64,000 nt of DNA from Salpingoeca rosetta (taxonomy: Eukaryota > Protista > Choanoflagellata), in the NCBI GenBank assembly GCA_033442325.1, contig JAWQFM010000004.1, forward strand, positions 2,111,844-2,175,843, written 5' to 3'. The notes below the pieces were generated by a model. That model was not told the origin of the DNA. It did no database searches and was given only the letters and a program-made list of their open reading frames with translations. Of this stretch, positions 52,730 through 64,000 are shown in pieces. The position numbers and the translations under genes are program-made. How positions within the stretch are numbered: the first letter of the stretch is position 1; every line of letters starts with the position of its first letter.

Positions 52730-53147
52730 TTTCTGTCTGTCTTTCTGTCTGTCTTTCTGTCTGTCTTTATCTCCGTCTCTCTCCCCCACGTGCTTGGTGT
52801 CGGGTATGCGTCGTTGCGACTTGTAAAAGACGTGTAATCAAACGGAAATGCAACAGCAAATTACCACACGCTGTCACACGACAGCACGCAATGCAACAAC
52901 CGTGAACCAACTCAACAGATACAAAACGCAAAGCTGAACCAGACACCAGCCAGCTTGGAAGAAAAAACGAGTGCTGGGAAAGGAGAGAAAGATTGAAACG
53001 CGCATGACGGTGTGAATGTGTGGATGTGTGAATGCGTGTGCGTGCGTGCGGCAGGGCCGTCGGCATGATTGAGCGGCATGGGCGTTGAAAGTGCCGCCAC
53101 CACCACGCCGTCACACGCCATCAACGCATGTTCAGTCCGTCACAGCA

Positions 53148-53397
53148 TCACTTGCGGGCCATAAACACCTCAAACTCGTCCTGTTCCGGCGACGGCTCAA
53201 AGTCCGCAGGGGGCGCCTGCAGGTGGCGTGATGGATACATGGATGGATGGATTGGGGGGTTGGACAAGGAGCGTGAACGCATGCGCGTGGAATAGTCAAG
53301 CCGAGCAGGTCGAGGGGAGGCGGACAGCAACACAACGCCGAAAGTAAACACAATCACAATCACACACACACACACACAAACACACACACAAACACAA

Positions 53398-53433
<36 letters not shown>

Positions 53434-53841
53434 ACACACACACACCACCAATATCACCAAGATCGCACCTCCTTTGCGGGGAGAATGGCGACGTCTGCAC
53501 GGACGAGCTGGGCCACGTCAACAGCATACTCCTCGCACACGGCCGTCGTGGCGGCGGTGGTGCCGCGAATGAGGAGTTTCGGGCGGGCAGAAGGGGCGTG
53601 CAGCGACGACTTGAGCGAGCGCGCGCGACCGACAATGGCCTGGCACGCAACGGTGATAGATGGTGGTGGTGTTGTTGATGGGTGGTGGTGTTGTTGATGG
53701 GTGGTGTTTGTCCAACGCGGGGTTGCGAAGGTGAGAATAAGAGAAAACATGTGCTGTGGCGTGCACAAAATTACACATGTGCACAAAGCACAAGTACTTG
53801 TGCGCGCAAATAACGAGTGCACGCGCCATGAGCAACAGCAG

Positions 53842-53885
<44 letters not shown>

Positions 53886-56334
53886 GCTCACGTGAAGAAT
53901 GGCAATCTTCTTCTCAATGTCCTCGTTGATGTGGAGGGGGGTGTACGGGTATGCGGCGACACACACGGACGCCGGCACCACGAGGTCGTTTGTTGCCTTT
54001 CGGCGGGGGAGACGCTGCCACAGCTCCTCGCACAGGAACGGCATGAAGATGGACAGCAGCCTGTGCACACATGCACGTGTGTGTGCGTGTGTGTATGTAT
54101 GTATGCATGAATATGTGTATGTATGTATGTATGTGCGTTCGTATGTATGTGAAAATGTGTATGCGTGTGTGCGTATGTGTGTTGATGCGTGTGTGGCTGA
54201 TTCCACAACCACAGCTGCCATGGAAGCTCAAGTGACAGTACAACACCCTCCTAACACCAACGTTAACACCAACAACGCCAACATGGGTGCTGGGCTCACC
54301 TGAGGCCAGACTCGGCGACCGTGTACATGACGTTCTGCACGGTGTTGCGGCGGTGCTTGTACTGGTCGTCCTGGAACACAGGCTGTGTAGCACGGCGAAT
54401 GCAAGGAAGAATGAGTGAATGAGTGTGTGCGTGAGTGAGTGAGTGCGTGCGTGCGTGCATGTGTGTGTGTGTGTGTGTTCACTTGTTGGTTTCACGGCAA
54501 GAGATCACGACCACGCCCCTCCCTGCCCCAGAATCACCATTCTCTCCTCACCTTGACAACTTCGAGGTAAAAGTTGCAGAATTCGTACAGCCAGAGGTTG
54601 TAGATGGAGGTAGTGCTGCCCACAAGATCATACTCCTCCAGTTGCTGTTGTTTGTGAACGTCACGCACACACACGCACACATGTCAGACACACGAAAAGA
54701 GTGAAACAAACACATTGGGAAGCGGTTGTGTATGTGTAGTTGTGTGCACTCTACCACGCCAGCAGCATCCCATCGATTCATCATGCGATACAACATACAC
54801 ATACACACACATACACTCGCACACACACATACACTCGCACACACACATACACACACTCTAAGAGCGTGTCACCTTGTTCATGTCGCGGATGCATGTGGAG
54901 AGACGGCTCAGCATCCACAGGTCCAGCTCGCTCTCGTCCCCTGCAGGCATTCAGCCACCCGCGATGGGGCAGGACGTGAGCCACGTGCATGACAGCGGAG
55001 GGGGAGCAACGCGTGCAGTGCAATCAATACACGTGTGTGTGTGTGTGCGTGCGTGTTTGCAAGTGTGTGCAGTTGGAAGCCATGTGCAGTTGGAAGCTGT
55101 GCTTGTTTGCTAGTGTCTTCTCTCCACTCAACACAACCCCACCAGCCCATGGAATCACCCCACCACCATCTGTCATTCAACCAACGCACCAAGGAGCTTG
55201 CCATACTCTGCCGGCTTGAAGTCGGGCCCAAGCTTGGACATGACAAGCTTCACGCCATTGTACACCTGATGAACAAACACACACACACATGTGCACAAGC
55301 AAAAAAAAAATTCAGGCGAGGGTGAGCGACAAGCAGCAAAGCGGGAATGGAATGGGGCAAAGCGTGCTGATGTCGTTCTTGTGCTTGAGTTTGAGAGCAT
55401 AAAAGCGTGTGTACGGCTCTGCGTGCGTGTTCGTGCACGTACACATGTGCATGAGCGACAGGGACGAGCAAGCAAGCGAGCAAGCGAGTGAGCAAGCAAC
55501 CGAGTGAGCGAGTGCTGACCTTGTTGCAGAATGTGCGGTACCCAAAGATGCGGTTGACATCGAGGTTGATGTCGCGGCCGGGCGTCACCAGCGCACACAG
55601 CGTGAACCGCAGCGCATCCACACCGCACTCCTGTTGGGCCGTCGTCAAGTGGTGGCGGTGGTGGAGAATTGTGGTGTGTCAATCAACACATACACGCATG
55701 CACATCAAACGAACGTGGCCGCAAGGCAAACAATCGCATCAAACATGCATGTGCACCCATGCAAACACATACAGCCAGGCACACCACTCTTCCTCCTCGT
55801 TCATACTCACTCACTCACTCACACAACCCCAACACCCCTCGGCACGAACCTTGATGCCCTGTGGGAACTGGCGCTTCTGCAGCTCCTTTGCGCGCTCAAT
55901 TTCGCGCGGGTCGAGGTTGCCCTGTGCGAGGCGCTCGTGAAGACCTTCAAGGGTGATGCCCGTGCACACGTCGGTTGGGTCAATGACATTGCCGCGCGAT
56001 TTGGACATCTTCACGCCCTCCTTGTCCCGGATAATCGGGTGCAGGTACACATCCTGATGGTGATGATGAGGCAGCGGAGATGGCGATGACGAGACGGTGG
56101 TGGTGGTGGTGGTGATGATGATAATGAGATCGCAGAGAGAGTGCCAGGGTGGTGGTTACGAAACACCACGCAAGCAACCAAACACAAGCAAAACACCCCC
56201 CCCTCTTGGTTCTCTCCCCCCCCCCATGTCAAAGCACGCCTCCCTGCTTCCAAAAACACCTGCACTCGACGCCACCCCGCACCTTGAATGGAAGCTTGCC
56301 CGTGAGATAGGTGCACATCATGACCATGCGCGCA

Positions 56335-56371
<37 letters not shown>

Positions 56372-59300
56372 GGTCGCCCGGGTAGAACTTTTGCAAGTCA
56401 GGCGTGTTATCCGGCCAGCCAAAGATGGAGATGGGGAAGATGCCAGAGCTGAACCACGTGTCAAGCACATCCTCGTCCTGGGTGAGCGTGATCTTGCTTG
56501 GGTCGACGCCAAACCGCTTTGCAGCCTTGGCGCGGGCCTCATCCTCGTCGTGGCCGGACACCCAGTACTTGTTGTCGTCAGAGGTGCCCTGCAGGCGACG
56601 CGGGGAGGCGATTGGGGATGGGAAAGAGGTATTGGGTGTTGGAAGGGAGACGGAAGGGTGAGGCAAAGAGGACGGAAAGCACACGCACACACAGTTGCAA
56701 CAAAACAATCATTCCAACGAGCACCCCACATGTACATACACGTGCAGACACCACCACCACCACCACCACCACCACCACCACCACCACAGCAGCAGCAACA
56801 ACAACAACAATACGCACTCCGCGCCCACCTTTGGCACAGCATCGTCGTTGACGGAGACAAAGTATGCGGGAATGCGGTGGCCCCACCAGAGCTGGCGGGA
56901 GATGCACCAGTCGCGTGGGGACTCGAGCCAGTGGAACCACGTCTTCTCCTGGTTCGCCGGGATCAGCCGCAGCTCTCCTGATCATTGCACACGGTCATCG
57001 ATTAAGAAGAGGGGGGGGGGTCAGGGACGTGCTGTGCTCACTTGTGGGAGGAGGTTCGTGTTTGGACGTGGCGCAACAACAGAGCAACCATACAACAGCA
57101 ATTACGCATGCCCCACACCACCACAGCCACGCACCACCACAAAATCAATTCCCCCTCCCGCCCTTTTAACACCACCGCGTGCGAGCGCACCGCTCTTGAC
57201 GGCGTCGACGGCGGTCTTGGCCATGCCGTCGCAGTTGACAAACCACTGCGTCTCGAGCAGCGGTTCGCAGATGTCCGAGGAGCGGGAGCAGCGTGGGATC
57301 ACCATTGGGTTCTCGGCGTCGCCGCGGTACAGCCCTTTCTCCTTCAGCCGCTCAATCACAACGCGCCGCGCCGTGAACCGGTGCATCCCCTGCACGGGCG
57401 GGAGGTGGGGAGAGGAGGGCGGAGATGTGTGTGTGTGTGCGCGCGTGTGTGCGTGCGTGTGAGTGAGTGAGCGTGTGTGTGAGTGAGTGAGGAAGCGTAC
57501 AAACACAGACACACAGACATACAGACACACAGACAGACACACAAATAAACATGAAGCTGAGACTTACGGAGAATTCGCCGCAGCCGGGCGCAATCTTGCC
57601 GTCCTTTGTGATCACGGTGATCATCGGCAGGTTGTTGCGCACACCGCACTGCAGTCCCACAAGCACAAGCACGCACGGAAACATCAACACACAATCGCAC
57701 ATGCACACATACACATGAACACACGAGCACGAACACGCACACGCACACGACCAAGCACGTGTGAGCAAATGGGTGCTGCGCTGTGAAACAGGACAACACG
57801 CCATGTCGTCCTTTGCCAGCTTGCAAAGTGGTTGCCTGCAAGCAAGCAAAAGCACACCAAACAAAGGCACCTCGAAATCGTTGGGGTCGTGTGCAGGGGT
57901 GATCTTGACGGCGCCGGTTCCAAACTCGCGGTCAACAAAGTCGTCCGCAACAATCACCAGCTCTCTGTAACAGAGGCAGCAGCAGGGGGGGGGGGTGTGT
58001 GTACGTGTGAGTGCGTGTGTGTGTGCGCGTGTGAATGAGTGCAGAATGAGGAATGCGGTGAAAAGGTGAAGCAAACACGCGAAGAAACCAACACACACAC
58101 ACAGACACACACAGACACACACACACAAACACACAACATCCCTCCCCCTCATACACACACGACAAATCACGAGTGCGGACCTGTCTGGGATGAAGGGGTG
58201 AAGGGCCGTCTTGCCGACGTAGCTCGCGTAGCGCGGGTCCTCGGGATGCACAGCAATGGCAACATCACCAAGCATCGTCTCCGGCCGCGTTGTGGCCACG
58301 ACAATCTCGTCGTCGCCGCCCTTGAGCTTGTAGGCAAAGGAGGTGATGACACCAACTTCGACCTTCTCGTCGAGACCGGGCACGGACACGAGCGTGCGGC
58401 CGGCAATGTCGACCTTGTCCACCTCAATCTCACTGATGGCCGAGTTGAGGTGGCAGCTCCAGTTGATGAGCTTCTTCTTGCGCATGATGATACCGTCCTC
58501 GTGCATGCGGATAAAGGCCTCCTTGACGGCGCGGCAGCAGCGGTCGGACATGGTGAACGCCTCGCGGTCCCAGTCGCACGACGCGCCGAGGTACTTGATC
58601 TGCTTGTAGATGAACCCGCCCTTCCTGCAGTGTTGCGGTGCGTGTGTGTGTGAGTGAGTGAGTGAGTGAGTGAGTGAGTGAGTGAGTGAGTGAGTGAGTG
58701 AGTGAGTGAGTGAGTGAGTGAGTGAGTGAGTGAGTGTGTGTTGTGTGTGAGTGAGTGAGTGCGTGTGTGGTTGTGTGATTGCACGTGTTCAATCGGACAA
58801 AGAATCATATGGTGCCCCTTCCCAAACAAGTTACACCACCAGCAAACAGACATCACCACCACCACCCCCTTCTCCACGGCAGCGTACTCTTCCTTCCACT
58901 GCCAGACGAGGTCAAGGAACTTCTCGCGGCCAAGGTCCTGCCGCCGCAGCTGCTTTTCCCGCCAAAGCTTCTTCTCAACCACAGACTGCGTGGCAATGCC
59001 TGAAATTTTTTACAATGCAATCGAGATGGTGGTGGTGGTGGAGGTGGTGGAGATGAGGCGCACGTGTGAATGTGATGGGCAATAAGTTCGGCCAAGAATT
59101 CGTTTAGTGGGGGCGTAGAGACTTGCGGTTGTTGGTATTGTGGCTGTTGGGTGATGGCGTTGGTTGATGCATGCAAGCATGTGGCAACGGTGAAGAGGCT
59201 GTGACGGATGACACGCGTTCGCGAATGTATTCACCAGCGTGGTCGCAGCCGGGGTTCCACAGGGTGCGCTTGCCGCACTGGCGGTTCCTGCGAGCCAAAA

Positions 59301-59867
59301 CAGCGACAAGATGCACGCATGCACGCGTGATTTGTGTGTGTGTGTGAGAGAGAGAGTGTGTGTGTGCGCGTGTAAGAGTTTTGAGTGTGTGAGGTTGAGT
59401 GTAAGTGTGTGTGTGTGTGTGTGATCACCAACGCGTCCGTTGTGACCTCGCACAACAGTGTAAAATCAGCAACTCCAAACGTCCGTGCACACATGCACGC
59501 CAGCGGAACCGACCAGCGGGTGAGGGTGTCCTCGATGGAGTTGGTGAGGGCGTGACCCATATGGAGTGAGCCCGTGACGTTGGGAGGAGGAATCACGAGC
59601 GTGTACGACTTCTTCTCGCACGGGCAGGCAATCTTCTCGTGGCCCTGCTCGCGTTGCACAAGGGTGGTGGTTGGTGTTTGGGCGCGTGCAACATGGCAGC
59701 GTGAGAAAAACAAAAACAGTATGGGCGAGGGTGGTAATCAACGATGCAGGTACAGCAGGCGAAGGGTGTATGTACAGTGAGCGAAGAGTGAAGCGGTGTG
59801 CCAACAGCAATAAAGGAGCACTCCCTCCTCTCAACACACAATACAAACACACACGCACACCAATGCA

Positions 59868-59905
<38 letters not shown>

Positions 59906-60477
59906 AATGCAAACACGCACTCGCGCATCATGCACATGTGTGTTTGCGTACCTCATTGTACTCGGGTTTGAAGAAGCCCTGCTTGGTCCACCACTCGTAC
60001 CAGTCGCGCTGCACCATGTCAGGGTGATACTGGGAGGGCATGTCGTCCAGGTTCTTCTTCTCGCCGGGCTGCACGGGCTTGTACACGAACGTGTCTTCGG
60101 CCTTCTTCTTCTTCTTCTTCTTGTCCTTCTTCTTGCTGTCAGAGCCGGCGACGGCGGCCTGCTGCTCCTTCTGCTGCTGCTTCTTCAGGAACTTCTCCAT
60201 CTTCTGGATCTTCTTCTTCTCCTTGGCGCTCAGCTCCTGCTTGGGATACAGCACAGCCAACTTGGTCTGCCGTGTGGTTGTGAGTGTGGGGGGGGGTTGT
60301 GTGTGTGAGTGTGTGAGAGAGAGAGAGAGTGTGTGTGTGTGTGTGTTGTGTTATGTTCTGTTATGAAGGCTGAACCACAAACAGGAAACACCATGACACG
60401 CATGCGTGTTCGCGCACTCGCTGCCGCTGTGCGACTCAACACACAAGTCACAGTCACGAGTTCTCTCTTCTCCTGCA

Positions 60478-60516
<39 letters not shown>

Positions 60517-60577
60517 GAACATCTTCGGAGGGCTTCTCCGCCGATGTCATGCCAAACACGGTCACGCGCTGTGCCAT
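53148..60577 (-). CDS. VARS: Valyl-tRNA synthetase (eukaryotic type), multi-exon
   Basis: [15 protein letters not shown] (HIGH motif), PGCDHA|[76 protein letters not shown]. Confidence 0.96.
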
Positions 60578-60582
60578 GATGA

Positions 60583-60643
60583 GGGATGGATGGATGGATG
60601 GATGGATGGATGGATGGATGGATGGATGGATGGATGGATGGAT
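60583..60643 (+). repeat. (GGAT)n repeat just upstream of the ValRS start codon
   Basis: Seen directly. Confidence 0.9.
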
Positions 60644-60686
60644 CTGTGGGTGAATGCGGCAGCACGAGAGCAAAATCCACGTGTGG

Positions 60687-60761
60687 AAAAGTCAAACTTG
60701 ACTTTTACGCACAGAAAGGCAAAAGTGACGTCGTGTGTGTTCAAAAAGTCAATTTTGACTT
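60687..60761. promoter_or_regulatory. Two palindromic AAGTCAA-N2-TTGACTT elements in the VARS/ARPC3 bidirectional promoter
   Basis: AAAAGTCAA-AC-TTGACTTTT at 60687-60706 and AAGTCAA-TT-TTGACTT at 60746-60761. The regulatory role is inferred from position. Confidence 0.6.
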
Positions 60762-60859
60762 CCAGCTCTCGTCCACTCTCACCAATATCGACAGCAGCAG
60801 CGTTCCACTCGCTTGTTTTTGTTTTCTCGTCTTCCTCCCCTGTCCATCAACGAGCAACC

Positions 60860-61309
60860 ATGCCTGTGAGTGTGCGAGATGCCTGGTGTCGTGTTGTGTG
60901 TTGCATACGCTGTGATGTCTTGATCAGTGCATGAGTGAGTGAGTGGGCGAGTGAGTGAGTGAGTGAGTGAGTGAGTGAGTGAGTGAGTGGCTGTGCACGT
61001 ATTGATTCTTCTTTGCTGCACACGCAAACACACACACAAACAACATACGACAGGCCTACAAGTCGGCGTACACCAAGCGGTTCACCCAGGCCGCCAAGCA
61101 AGGCGAGCAGCTTGGCTTCGAGACCATCGGCGGCATCCCACTCCTTCCCATCCATGCCCGCAACTCCAAGGGCCCCGCTCCCCGCCCCAGCCCAGATGGT
61201 GTGTTTGGTGTTCGCATGTATGTATGTGTGTGTGTGCTGTGTGTGTATGTGTGTGCGTGTGTGTGTGTGTTGTGTGTGTATGTGTGTGTGTGTGTGTTGT
61301 GTGTGTATG

Positions 61310-61371
<62 letters not shown>

Positions 61372-62461
61372 ATGTCTACGTGTTCGTACGGTGTTGTTGG
61401 GCGTCTTCTCCCTTCCCCTCCCTCGCTTCCCTTCCCCTGCATCACCTTCTCTTTAACTCTTATTTTGAACGCGGCTCCTTTGCACTGCACAGAGACCACG
61501 GACATCATCGACGAGACCATCCGCTTCTTCCGCGCAAACGTCTTCTTCGCATCCTACAAGATCGACGTGAGAGCAGCCTCCTGTGTGTGCGTATGTGTAT
61601 GTGTGTGTTTGTGTGTGTGCACATGTGTCTGTGCGCGCCGCATTTCCTCTTGCCAAACAGTCAAAACGCCCCCCTCACTCCTCTCTGTTCCACATCGTCA
61701 ACAACACTACAGGCCGCGCCCGACAGGCTGATGGTGTACCTCACCCTCTTCTGCCACCAGTGCGTCATGCGCCTGGCCAAGGTACCGTACCATCAACACC
61801 ACTGCGTGCATCCCCGCAAAGGGTTTACACATGTTCGTGTTTGTTCGAACATCACGTCATCGCGCTCGGCGCGCCATGGTGTGAAGCGACTCACGCATGC
61901 GTGCTTGCTTGCTTACGTTTTTGTGTGCTTCCCATTGCCAGGCAAAGACAAAGGACGATGCTGCCCGCGAGATGTACCAGCTCGGCATCGAGAACTTCAC
62001 CGTACGTGGCTCGATGCTCTGTGCTGTGTGTATGTATGTACTTGTGTATGTGTATGTATGTGTGTGTGTGTTCTGTGTGTGTGTGTGTGTATGTGTGTGT
62101 GTTGGTTCCACTTTGCGATTGGTGTCATGTTGCAAAGTGTCGTGTGCACTGTGCACGTTGCATCCACGCATTACCTCATTGCTCGCACGCCCCGAACTTG
62201 CGTGTGCTTGCGTGTGCTTGCGCTTGCGTGTACTTGCGTGTGCGTGTGTGTACAGCTCCCCACAGATGCTGGCTTCCAGCTTAAGGGCTTCTTTGAGAAG
62301 CTCGACCAGAAGTCGTCCCAAGGTGCGCACGCGCCATGGTGTCTGTGTGTATTTATTGTGTGTATTGATTGTGTGTGTTGATTGTGTGTGTTGATTGTGT
62401 GTGTGTGTGTGTACGTGTGCGTGCGTGTGCGTGTGTGCGTGCGTGCGTGCGTGTGTGTGCG

Positions 62462-62493
<32 letters not shown>

Positions 62494-62692
62494 ATTCTAT
62501 GGATTCAATGTTACATTGCATCCTCTTCCGCGCACCTCATTTCTTGCATCCTCCACTCTCAATTCAACACGTTTTCCAGACAAGCTGCGCGCGTATCTGC
62601 AGCAGTGCCGCCAGGAGCTCTCTGCCCGCATGGCCGAGGTCGTCCTCGACGCGTCCGGCAAGCCATCAAAGGTACACACACACACACACACG

Positions 62693-62746
<54 letters not shown>

Positions 62747-63029
62747 AATGCGGATGCACACGGGGCATACTATGTGTGTGTGTGTATGTGTGTGTGTGAA
62801 TGGGAATAAAATGAGATGATTTGGGTGTTTGCCCCCTTCCCTTGCCCTGTCTTGCATTTGCATTGCCTTACCTTGCATCGCTCGCAACCCCGCCTCCACC
62901 CTCATTGCCCTCTCGTCTCGCACCACCGCCACCCTTGACTGTCTTGCTTCCTTCCCACATCAGTGGTGGACGTGCTTTGCCAAGCGCAAGTTCCTCGGCA
63001 AGGCGCTCGAGGGCCCCGGCTCGCGCTGA
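60860..63029 (+). CDS. ARPC3: Arp2/3 complex subunit 3 (p21-Arc)
   Basis: MP|AYKS...KGPAP...|[19 protein letters not shown]...|[10 protein letters not shown]...|[14 protein letters not shown]...GKPSK|[15 protein letters not shown]; 8 coding exons. Confidence 0.96.
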
Positions 63030-63679
63030 ACCATCACATTCCCATTTCCATCCCATTGTGATCCCATCTCGTCCCACACCATCCCATCCCGTACGTTCGC
63101 CCACAACGTGTCGAGAAGCGTCAGTGCCTCACTCGCCCTCTCTCACATCGACATCCATCTTCCCATCTCTACGTTCCTTCCTCCCTTCACTTCCTCCTCT
63201 CTCTCCCCTTGGTTGATGTCTTCTTGGGTGTGATGTGAGTGCTCTCTTTGCGTCGCCGTGTCCTGTGCCTCTTTGTCTCCCTGTTACGCCCTCCAATCAA
63301 CCAACAGACGAACCATCGTGTGATTGCTCTGACTTGTGTGTGTGTGTGTGTTGCATGTGCGTGTGTTGTGAATTGGGTTCAGTTCTGCGTCAAATCAAAT
63401 ACAAGAGCCAATTGTTCTCCTTTCACCACCACAAACACCAAACGTCGCACACGCATTGCCATTCACACACTCGACACCACAACCTCCAACCCCCCCCCCC
63501 CCACTCACCAACACCAGCACCATCTCAACCCCCAACCAGCCACACACACGCGCGCTCTCAATTTCTCCTCCGCACACCCAAGAGGGAAAAAAAGTTCACA
63601 AGAAGAAGCAAAGCAAGAAGGCAAGCAACCCGCTCTCTCGCTTCCATCCAAAGGCACGCAGTGAGTGATTCGACTCGCC

Positions 63680-63722
63680 TGGACTGGACTAGACTGGACT
63701 GGACTGGACTGGACTGGACTGG
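63680..63722 (+). repeat. (GGACT)n pentanucleotide repeat
   Basis: Seen directly. Confidence 0.85.
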
Positions 63723-64000
63723 CTGTGCCCTCTTCGCTCGTCGTCCTTCAGGCACACGTCGCCGTCGCCGTCGTCTCTTCACCGCGTCCCTCCGTTTGGC
63801 GTATCGTTGCTCAACAACAAAGGTGCCCGTTTCGCGCCCAGTCGACACACGCGCGAGACCAAGCAAGGCGGCATATCAAATCGTGGCAACAACACGCCCG
63901 CACTGTTAATTATCACCCGCCTCAGTCCCGCCTCGTCAATCCTGCCGCGTCAGTGAGATAGACACACAGGCCACACGTGTACCATGACGGATGCGCCCAA

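Noticed and set aside
63680-63722. Telomere-like repeat
   Set aside because: A short internal (GGACT)n tract that does not match TTAGGG-type telomeric repeats.
50-63961. Hundreds of short ORFs rich in VC/CV, HT/TH, poly-L/V/C/N
   Set aside because: They are translations of (GT)n, (CA)n and triplet microsatellites, or antisense shadows of real exons.
63984-64000. Possible start of the next gene (accATGACGGATGCGCCC)
   Set aside because: Only about 5 codons lie inside the window, too few to support a call.

Overview
Intron-rich, microsatellite-dense eukaryotic DNA, most consistent with a choanoflagellate such as Salpingoeca rosetta (inferred from gene content, (GT)n/(CA)n-filled introns and polyQ tracts; not verified). 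Most ORFs in the track are repeat artefacts, so genes were rebuilt by hand from GT-AG exons. In order: a partial unknown gene (-); S10 serine carboxypeptidase (+); PhyH-like protein (-); Sen1/senataxin-like helicase (+); CEP85-like coiled-coil protein (-); EF-hand protein (+); a split ARM-like ORF pair (+); two tRNA-Lys(CTT) (-); an ankyrin-Roc-COR-TIR-SAM Roco gene (-); a third tRNA-Lys (+); MFSD13A-like transporter (-); an intronless Mutator (MULE) transposase-derived gene (+); valyl-tRNA synthetase (-); ARPC3 (+). Main findings: (1) a Roco-TIR-SAM candidate immune receptor with one ankyrin repeat per 99-nt phase-0 exon, bracketed by identical tRNA genes; (2) a MULE transposase lacking its DDE residues but keeping its DNA-binding and Zn-finger domains, a candidate domesticated transcription factor; (3) a PhyH-fold protein with a likely mitochondrial presequence and both Fe-binding histidines replaced; (4) five head-to-head gene pairs with compact shared promoters; (5) complementary GT/CA repeats at opposite ends of introns; (6) a ValRS without its C-terminal coiled coil.
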